DNA from: Haliotis cracherodii
Lineage: Eukaryota
Direction: 5' to 3'
Assembly (NCBI RefSeq): GCF_022045235.1
Contig: NW_027266297.1
Coordinates: 29,884,001 to 29,948,000 of the forward strand
DNA length: 64,000 nt
The notes beneath the pieces are model-generated. The model saw only the letters and a program-made list of their open reading frames with translations. It made no database searches and had not been told where the DNA came from. The first letter of the stretch is position 1. Each line of letters starts with the position of its first letter. This document shows positions 26,918 to 36,590 of this stretch, in pieces. The translations under genes were made by a program, and so were the position numbers.

Positions 26918-27275
26918 GGTGAGGTAAGGTGATATGGGGTTTAACGTCGCGTCCAATATTATTGCACTTATATAGCGACGTGCATGTACGTGTGTGTGTT
27001 TGTGTGGTTGCTTGTACTAGTCTAGACTGATGCTGATTTATAGTGCTAGCTCACTGAGATACCATGCCGCAGTTTAACATGAATACCCCACTCAGACACA
27101 GTATAATGACTCCAAGCCGACCAGTCCTTGTTTTAGCCCCTTAATGCCGAGCACCAGACAGGGTAACAACAAGTACCATCTTTTAACGTCTTTTGGTATG
27201 ACGCGGTCGTGAATCGAACCCTGGACCTTCCGCTGTCTTGGCGGACCCTCTACCCCTAGACCACGGAGGTGGTCC
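26918..27275 (-). mobile_element. Family D Meta-domain (MetaSINE/MESC-type) SINE, full length
   Basis: Perfect 13-bp TSD AGATGTGATATGA (26905-26917, 27276-27288); tRNA head followed by GTCATACCAAAAGACGTTAAAAGATGGTAC...CCCTGTCTGGTGCTCGGCATTAAGGG; (CACCT)-type tail. Confidence 0.93.
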
Positions 27276-27687
27276 AGATGTGATATGACATGCACAGGCT
27301 AATCCAGAGGGGGTCCAAGGGGGTCCAACGGGGTCTGGGACCCCCAACCTTTTGAAAACCAAATGTAGTATGTTGTAGGGAGTAAAATTGACTGATGGAG
27401 AATTTTCTGACCTTGACATATATTGCAGCAGCAATGTGCGGATTCTCCTAAGGGAGTTCAGAAGGTACTTTGATTTACCCAGTAGGTGTTTGGTAACTTT
27501 GATTGTATAAATTTCTATTAGCTATGCCCCAAAACATGAGATTCAGATTGTTAGTTTGGATGGATAGCTCAGTCACCTTGAATTTGCTTTGCATTCCTTA
27601 GATGTGCAGGATCCTCCACTGATCATAGGTTTGAAACAAAGATTGCTCCGGTTTCACCAGTATTATCCATTCCATCCAGTTTCATTC

Positions 27688-28282
27688 ACCATAGCGGTCT
27701 CGTGGATAGAGTGTCTGCCCAGAGTTTGGAAAGTTGGTGGTTCAATCTCACGTCACATCTTAATGTTGAAAAATGGTACTTGTTGTTGCCCTGCCTGGCT
27801 CTGTGCATTAAGAGAATGAAACAAGGACTGTTCAGGTGGTACAATCGCACGTTGCTTCATACCTAAAGACGTTGGAAGATGATACTTGTTGTTACCCTGC
27901 CTGGCATTCTGCACTAAGGGAATGAAACAAGGACTGGATGGATGGTTCAGTCTCACATGGCGTCATACCAAAAAACGTTGAAAGATGGTACTTGTTGTTA
28001 CACTGCCTGGCACTCTGCATTTCAAAAGACGTTGAAAGATGGTACCTATTGTTGCCCTGCCTGGCACTCTGAATGAAGGGAATGAAATAAGGACTTGTGG
28101 GTTCGGAGTCAGTACACTGTGTCTGAATGGGGTTATCATGTCTGTCTCAAGATAGCTCAGCAGACTAGCAATATAAAACTTAGTCCAGACTTGTTCATGC
28201 GGCCACACACACTTATTTATGCATGCACATTGCTATGTAAGTGTAATAATTTTTTAACACACCATTAAACCCCATTCCACCC
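27688..28282 (+). mobile_element. Family D SINE with four tandem Meta domains
   Basis: atggtacttgttgttRccctgcctggc block at ~27773, 27879, 27985 and 28039, followed by one body and tail. Confidence 0.88.
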
Positions 28283-28476
28283 CAAATCACCATAGCAGTA
28301 AAGGTCAAAGAACTGCATCACGTCAGGATTTCCTGCCACAGTAAACAGACATGTCATGATATTCATGATAATGGTTATATGTAGTTTTAAACTCTTTTAG
28401 ATGTCATAATCAGTCTCCAATTTCAGCCATTTCACATCATGTTGCACAATATTTGACAAATTTGTTTATATTTCAG

Positions 28477-28643
28477 GCATCCTCGTTATACTGTTTGGTC
28501 ACCGAATATGCCTCAGGCGGAGAACTGTTGGCATATATCAAAATGCATAAAGACTATCGGCTGTCGGAGGATAAATCTCGTACATTTGTACGTCAGATGG
28601 TCTCAGCAATACATTACCTCCATGAGAGGGGCGTAGCTCACAG
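28477..28643 (+). CDS. Internal coding exon of an AMPK-related (CAMK group; MARK/HUNK-like) Ser/Thr protein kinase, subdomains IV-VIb
   Basis: tttatatttcag acceptor and AG/gtagga donor; 167 nt, phase 0 to phase 2; ASSLYCLVTEYASGGELLAYIKMHKDYRLSEDKSRTFVRQMVSAIHYLHERGVAHR contains the hinge EYASGGEL and ends at HR of the HRD motif. Confidence 0.95.
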
Positions 28644-29351
28644 GTAGGAACTGTTAAAAATATATATATTTCTTAAGAATTTCATTTGCAGTCCTTTTGG
28701 TGCCAAGCCTGTTGTTCCAATCCTGGATACCACTAAGGGATTTTGTGAATTTGGTTAGAAATGTGGGCTGGCATGTTGTACATTTCATTCTCACACTTGT
28801 CTATTTCATGTTGTGTGTTGCATATTGTGTTCTCATTAGTGTATATCTACATGCTTGTACATTACATGACAGCAACAACTCCATCACATATACATGGCAT
28901 ATCTTTCAAGACAACATGTAACAAATCATAAACATATTTTTAAAAAGACATGCATATGTTTTTTTATGATTTCTTTTTTCATGTGCGAAGTTCCAACTGT
29001 TCAAACAATGTGCACGACCCATAGTGTCTTAAATGCAATAGACATGGTGGATAGAAATGTCATCTGTCTAAAAACAAAAGCAATAACAGTTTACAAATAG
29101 CAATAAGCACAATAGACATGTAAATATCACCTGTCAATAAAGATGCCTGTGTCATTACAGAGTTCCCAGAAATGTGATTAACATTTGGAATTCACTCCTT
29201 TTAGAATGGATATTTTGGGAAATGACATTTGGTCTTCTCATCTTGACAATAAAATGACCAACATTGAAAATGCATGGACAAGAAATGAGAAATGTTTTTT
29301 GTTTTTGGACATCTTTCATATGAAGATAAAAACATTTGCATTTTTCGAGTA

Positions 29352-30351
29352 CCGTACATGACTGTAGATGAGCCGAATTTTGAGGACCAGAAAAAAAGAT
29401 TCTGTAGAAAGGGGTCGGCTTATGTATGGGTTACATTTCATCAAATTCTATTTCTGTTGGTGAAAAAACTACATCGCATCGCTTCAGGTGAATGAACAAC
29501 ACTATCACAAACTTTGTCAATGAAAATGTGAAATTTGCATTTAAACATCACTAGACATGATGATTTACCATTTCGATTGTATTTTGTGTTATGCTAGGCT
29601 AGACTAGGGATAAAGATTACTGAAATGATCGGAAAAAATAATATCTTAAGTTACTATTTTACTACGAATAATATATTCTGATATGGTGTTATTTTAATTG
29701 CAGGTTTTACAATATATTTCTAAATAATGATAACCATAAACTGAGTTATGCAGTAGCACAATTTGACAAATCACCTTTAAGGTTTCGCCCGATCTCTCTA
29801 ATTTCCATCACAGAAACAACATGTTGACATTTAATGGCCAAACTACAACAAATCCCTGTAAGGATAACATCATCATCATAGTGGAAGCTGACAAAGGCAA
29901 CGCAGCAGTCGTCATCCCAGCCATCATGCTACAACAAATATTACTTTTGATGAGTCAAAGTATGGCAGTTATGATATATGTATCCATTTTCTGTCAATAA
30001 AGGTTCGTGTTCAAGGTGTCAATAGCGGTAATATGATCGTGGTTGTAGTAAATAACAGTGAGTTGGTAAAGTGGACCTTATGGAATGGGGCCAACGGGAG
30101 TTGTAAGAACAACAAAATTAATGTAAATATTATTGATTAAAATTAAAAAAATGATTCCAGATATACAATTAAACATATTTTATTACTGATGGTGTCACAA
30201 CACGATTAACTTGATAATTCAATACAGACATGTTGATATTCTATTTTCAATGACAGATCACATTGAGACGTATTTTTAGGGTGGGGGTCCGGCTTATCTA
30301 CCTCGCTTAACATTTTGATACAGATTTCGGCTTATCTATGGTCATATACGG
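29352..30351. mobile_element. Non-autonomous Tc1/mariner (pogo/Tc2-like, CCGTA-ended) MITE, 1000 bp
   Basis: TA at 29350-29351 and 30352-30353; 26-bp TIR CCGTACATGACTGTAGATGAGCCGAA with 4 mismatches to the right end; subterminal cggcttat repeats. Confidence 0.9.
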
Positions 30352-30760
30352 TACATTCGTAGAATATCATCATTGTTACAGGTGTGCATCCTCAGTTACA
30401 TGGATTTACACAAATTGTAAAAAACATTCTCTGCTGTGAAGAATGTGCATCCACACTGAAGACAAAATCATACATTCACACCAGTAATCTGGTTTTATTT
30501 ATGGCATTCCATCGCAGGGTTGCAAACAGCAATCTTTTTTATGTAGAAAAAGGATAGAAACATGTCCTTAAAAAAATAGGCTTTTTTAATTATCTATTGA
30601 AATATGCATGTATTTTGAATGAATAAAAAACACACTTTAAGATGATTTTTTAATGATGCTTGGTAATTAACTTTGAAAATGAACCAATTCCATTCCTTCT
30701 ATCTACTTCAACTGCAAATGCAGAACCAACTGATGTTTTCCTTGCATGTTCATACTTATT

Positions 30761-31032
30761 GACCCGTGAGGATCCAGGGTTGAATAGGTTTTTAGCAACC
30801 CATTCGTGCCGTAAAAGGTGACTGTGCTTGTCGTAAGTGGCGACTTACGGGATCGGGTGATCAGACTCGCTGACATGGTTGATACATGTCATTGTATCCC
30901 AATTGTGTGGATTGACGCTCATGATGTCAATCACTGGATTGTCTTGTCAAGACTCGATTATTTAAAGATCGCCTTCAAATAGATGGAATATTGCAGAGTG
31001 CGGCGTTAAACAGCAATCAAAATCAATCCACA
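30761..31032 (+). mobile_element. Family C retroposon, full length, duplicated head hairpin
   Basis: TSD TCATACTTATT (30750-30760, 31033-31043); starts GACCCGTGAG. Confidence 0.93.
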
Positions 31033-32270
31033 TCATACTTATTGTCAAAAAACACAAATAGCCGAATGCAATTTTTCAGACCTGTCACATACAAAGAGGA
31101 TTATATATGATAAATAAATGTTTTTGCAGTAAACAGGTAAGTCATACCAAACATTTTTCAACAGAGAAGTTCAAGCTGGAGTGATTTACTGAAGAATCTG
31201 GAAATTACAGGAACTGAACAAGGCTGAACTAGCAACTGATTCCATACTTGATTACAAGAAGCCTTTCCTGAAAAGGCAATATCATAATTTATGAGATAGC
31301 TCTGTAAAATACCCAGGAATGTATAGAATTAATTATTTAGAAGTCATGATTAATAACCATTAATTTAGTATCCCAAAAATATATATATTGGTGCAGTGCA
31401 TTAAGTTGATATTTCATATCACAGATATGGCAAAGCTCTACGTGGCTATATCATGTTAGCAGTATTGATTGTGTGTAGCTAAGTGCGAGTAGTATGTCGA
31501 TTACTAGAATTTCCAATAGCGATAGATTTTGTACAGTTGGCATTGTCTCTTCCATTGTGGTGTCAAATCGAGGAACATAGTTAGTGTGTTTACGGCTTGC
31601 CACCAGCTAGTGATTTGCACTCAACTATCAGCTTTCGGAAAGTATTCACACATCTCTCCCTCGGACTTTTAAATTATTCACTTGGTCAAGGTCGACCATA
31701 ATGAAGGATGTGTTTTGGTGTTGTGTTCTATGTCCAGGAACAAGTTTTTGTGAAAACAATTGTTTTGAAGTTTTAGTTAAGTGAATGCTTTATGATTTCA
31801 GAATTGAGTTTTGATGTTCCTTTTATCTGCAACATTTCATTGGAAACAAAAACAATTAAATTTTCTACAATATGTCCCATTTGTATGTTTGCTGTTTGAA
31901 ATTTGTTCCTGGCAAAAATGAACTTTTAGTTTGTTTTTTCCTCCTGTCAGAAAAACGGAATTTCTGAGGCATTATTTTTATCTGATTTATAGTGTATTTT
32001 TGAAGACTTTGATACCATCACTGTGTAAACATGGATGAGATGGTAGTAGATAGCTAGTGTTTAAATGTCAAGGCTGCATGCTGAAAATAAACAATTTTAT
32101 TCTGTCATCAGATATTAAAATGTTGGTCCTAAAAACCCTGATTGACTAACATAGAAACAAAATCGTCTTTTCATCATCATACTTCAAAGGTTGCCAACTA
32201 CTAGTTTCTTTTTAATTTTTAGGAGTATTGAAGTTTATTGCTTGTGGAATACTTGCATAGCCTTCCACTG

Positions 32271-33222
32271 CTATGATTATGTTTAGGGTGGAGAGATGCT
32301 ATATGTTCCTCCGTTTGGGGTAGCCATGATTATGTTTAAGGTGGAGAGATGCTATATGTTCCTCCATTTGGGGTAGCCATGATTATGTTTAAGGTGGAGA
32401 GATGCTATATGTTCCTCCATTTGGGGTAGCCATGATTATGTTAAGGGTGGAGAGATGCTATATGTTCCTCCATTTGGGGTAGCCATGATTATGTTGGATG
32501 GAGAGATGCTATATGTTCCTCCATTTGGGGTAGCCATGATTATGTTTAGGGTGGAAAGATGCTATATGTTCCTCCATTTGGGGTAGCCATGATTATGTTT
32601 AGGGTGGAGAGATGCTATATGTTCCTCCATTTGGGGTAGCCATGATTATGTTTAGGGTGGAGAGATGCTACATGTTCCTCCATTTGGGGTAGCCATGATT
32701 ATGTTTAGGGTGGAGAGATGCTATATGTTCCTCCATTTGGGGTAGCCATGATTATGTTTAGGGTGGAGAGATGCTATATGTTCCTCCATTTGGGGTAGCC
32801 ATGATTATGTTGGGTGGAGAGATGCTATATGTTCCTCCATTTTGGGGTAGCCATGATTATGTTTAGGGTGGAGAGATGCTATATGTTCCTCCATTTGGGG
32901 TAGCCATGATTATGTTTAGGGTGGAGAGATGCAATATGTTCCTCCATTTGGGGTAGCCATGATTATGTTTAGGGTGGAGAGATGCTATATGTTCCTCCAT
33001 TTGGGGTAGCCATGATTATGTTTAGGGTGGAGAGATGCTATATGTTCCTCCATTTGGGGTAGCCATGATTATGTTTAGGGTGGAGAGATGCTATATGTTC
33101 CTCCATTTGGGGTAGCCATGATTATGTTTAAGGTGGAGAGATGCTATATGTTCCTCCATTTGGGGTAGCCATGATTATGTTTAGGGTGGAGAGATGCTAT
33201 ATGTTCCTCCATTTGGGGTAGC
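32271..33222. repeat. 53-bp minisatellite, ~18 near-identical copies
   Basis: ccatgattatgtttagggtggagagatgctatatgttcctccatttggggtag. Confidence 0.97.
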
Positions 33223-33339
33223 ACCTTGTCCTGTGTACAGTGGAGAGGCCATAATTCAGGCAAGGTTAAGCAACATTGGTTGTGGAGAGGTGGATGGGGA
33301 CTCCTAGCTTCACTTCTGTGATTTTTCAATGCTTCAGTC

Positions 33340-33550
33340 CTGCCTACACTGAAGCAGATATATGTGGTGGCCCCTTAGGCAAGAAACTTTGTTTGAAATA
33401 TGCCTCTGTTCACCCTGCAATGAATGGGTACCTGGTAGGATGAGATGGTAATGTGACTGTGAACCTACATGTGCCTCGTAAGGCATCTTTGGTTGTATAC
33501 TGAGAATGAAAACTGAGTGCACACTGATCGGAATTAAATGGGATTATCAT
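33340..33550 (+). mobile_element. Family E SINE (CORE-like domain), diverged
   Basis: ccttaggcaagaaacttt...tgcctctgttcaccctgcaatgaatgggtacctgg. Confidence 0.7.
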
Positions 33551-33555
33551 TATTA

Positions 33556-33588
33556 CTAGTAGTAGTAGTAGTAGTGTCAGTAGTAGAG

Positions 33589-33628
<40 letters not shown>

Positions 33629-33640
33629 AGGTGGTGGTAG
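33556..33640. repeat. (TAG)n microsatellite
   Basis: Seen directly; it explains the poly-Leu ORF 33410..33754. Confidence 0.95.
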
Positions 33641-34776
33641 TTGTGTTACCATGACAATATCCTGATTTACATTGACTTCTGTGTAGATATGGTGAATGAT
33701 AAATAATTTAATCCTTGGGAATTCGGACTCAGATCTCAATATTCTCTCACCCACTTGTATGCTCTCTGAAGAGTTGCACAGATGTAGGGAATCTCTGTGT
33801 GTGCAGAGCTATCACGTCACAAATTGTGCCATACATGATACTAATCATACTTTGCAGTTGCCAAAAAAGTCAAACTTTGAGCCTGTATTGAATATACTCT
33901 TAAAAGATCATAGCTTTAAAAAATATATTTCCCAGTGCATCTATAAGGGTGTGAAGAAATATGACCCAAACAAATAGTGAAATGCATTGTTGGAAAGGAG
34001 ACGGCATGATACTAGATACTTATTTATCAATGTTATATCCTGTGTGGGAATAAACTTGTTGACAAATGGGAATAAACTTGTTGACAAAAGTGAAAGATGA
34101 GATTTTCAACTTTGAAATATAAAATCTTAAAACTGTGACAATGTTTGACTACAGACACTGGACAAGGATCATGTTGATACAGCTTTTATACACAAGTGAT
34201 GGGGTGGAAATATCGTGACCAAGGCTTGTAGATTTTCTTTGATGGACATGTTGCCCATGTATATAGACATGTCAGTTTAAGATAAGTAGTCTTGAGTATA
34301 ATAACTACACAGGTACACATTTCTTCCAGGCAGTAAGACATACAGGTTAATGTCTAGTTGCCTAGGTTATGATATCATCCGTAGACAACAAATACAATTC
34401 ATCAGTATTTTTGAACAAATGACGCCAACATTCCTGTGATGTAGATATGGTTATAGTGTTCAACAATCTGGACAATGTTTGTGGGGGTATACCCCACCTG
34501 ATGATCACCTGATTGAGGAGGGTTGTCAGAACAGGCTGCTGCACGTTGGGATGAGTCTTGATCTGTTGTCACCCAGGTATTATCTTCATTTTACTTATGT
34601 TTATACCTACAACTACCTACCTGCACACCGGCCTAGATAGACGGGGTCACCCAGTGCCAGCATAGCTCACCTGTGTGGTGGGGAGTGTTGTGGCGACTGG
34701 TGGTATTGGATGGGTACATTTGGTGAGGGTGAGGAGGTGTGTGTTGTTGGGGAGGAAGTGGGTTCAGATAAAAAAG

Positions 34777-35760
34777 GTGGGGTGCTGTGAAGTAGGGTGG
34801 GGTGCTGTGAAGTAGGGTGGGGTGCTGTGAAGTAGGGTGGGGTGTAGTGAGGGAGGGTGGGGTGTAGTGAGGTAGGTTGGGGTGTAGTGAGGTAGGTTGG
34901 GGTGTAGTGAGGTTTAAGGGATGTGGTGGGGTAGGGTGGGGTGTAGTGAGGTAGGTTGGGGTGTAGTGAGGTTTAAGGGGTGTAGTGAGGTAGGGTGGGG
35001 TGTAGTGAAGTAGGTTGGGGTGAAGTGGGGTGTGTTGGGTGTAGTGGGGTAGGTTGGGGTGTAGTGAGGTAGGTTGGGGTAAAGTGGGGTGTGTTGGGTG
35101 TAGTGGGGTAGGTTGGGTTGTAGTGAGGTAGGGTGGGGTGAAGTGAGGTAGGTTGGGGTAAAGTGGGGTGTGTTGGGTGTAGTGGGGTAGGTTGGGTTGT
35201 AGTGAGGTAGGGTGGGGTGAAGTGAGGTAGGTTGGGGTAAAGTGGGGTGTGTGGGGTGTAGTGGGGTAGGTTGGGGTGTAGTGAAGTAGGTTGGGGTGAA
35301 GTGGGGTGTGTTGGGTGTAGTGGGGTAGGTTGGGGTGTAGTGAGGTAGGTTGGGGTGAAGTGGGGTGTGTTGGGTGTAGTGGGGTAGGTTGGGGTGTAGT
35401 GAGGTAGGTTGGGGTAAAGTGGGGTGTGTTGGGTGTAGTGGGGTAGGTTGGGTTGTAGTGAGGTAGGGTGGGGTGAAGTGAGGTAGGTTGGGGTAAAGTG
35501 GGGTGTGTGGGGTGTAGTGAGGTAGGGTGGGGTGTAGTGGGGTTTAATGGGGTGTAGTGAGGTAGGTTGGGGTGTAGTGAAGTAGGGTGGGGTGTAGTGA
35601 GGTTTAATTGGGTGTAGTGAGGTAGGTTGGGGTGTAGTGAAGTAGGGTGGGGTGTATTGAGGTTTAAGGGGTGTAGTGAGGGAGGTTGGGGTGTAGTGAG
35701 GTAGAATGGGGTGTAGTGAGGTAGGATGGGATGTAGTGAGGTGGGGAGTAGTAAGGTAGG
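34777..35760. repeat. G-rich ~20-bp minisatellite (gggtggggtgtagtgaggta variants)
   Basis: Seen directly; + strand almost free of C. Confidence 0.95.
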
Positions 35761-36204
35761 CGGAGGTGAAGGGATGGGTAGGGTTGGAGGTATGGGGGCA
35801 GAGTGTAGAGTGGGATAGAGGTCAAAATGGAAACAGGGAGGACATGGGGAAGAATCTGTTAAAAGGCAGGTAAGGTTTATGTCAGCTGCTTATTCACTAT
35901 ACTCAGGAGGCTACTGTACACATTTATGTATTGTGTGGAGTATAATAAGAAAACCGAGGATCAGGGCGAACATGTTTTTTTTTGTGAAATTAGGGTGGGT
36001 CATAAATAGACACATGTGGCTTCCCTCGGGCTGATTCCTAGAACAGCAGGATGGTAATATAGATATATGTTGGGGATTTGTAGTAAATTAGGTGGGCCAT
36101 ACACCATACAACATCCAATAAAAACAGAGTCAGGTGAAGGGGCGTAGATTAAGGGATAGAAGAAAGTTGAGTGTGGGAAGGAAACTTAGGGGTAGACTGG
36201 AAAC

Positions 36205-36590
36205 TAAGGGTAGGATGGGGGAGGGGGGTTGTGACTGGACAAGGGTAGGGTGGGAGAGGGGGGTTATGACTGGACAAGGGTAGGGTTGGGGGAGGGGGTT
36301 GTGACTGGACAAGGGTAGGGTGGGGGGAGGGGGTTTGTGTCTGGACAAGGGTAGGGTGGGGGTGGGGGCGGTGACTGGACAAGGGTAGGGTGGGAGGAGG
36401 GGGTTGTGACTGGACAAGGGTAGGGTGGGAGGAGGGGGTTGTGACTGGACAAGGGTAGGGTGGGGGTGGGGGCGGTGACTGGACAAGGGTAGGGTGGGGG
36501 AGGGGGTTTGTGTCTGGACAAGGGTAGGGTGGGGGGTGGGAGGTTGTGACTGGACAAGGTTAGGTGAAGGGGAGGGAGTTTGTGACTGGA
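36205..36590. repeat. G-rich ~34-bp minisatellite
   Basis: gtgactggacaagggtagggtgggggagggggtt, ~11 copies. Confidence 0.95.
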
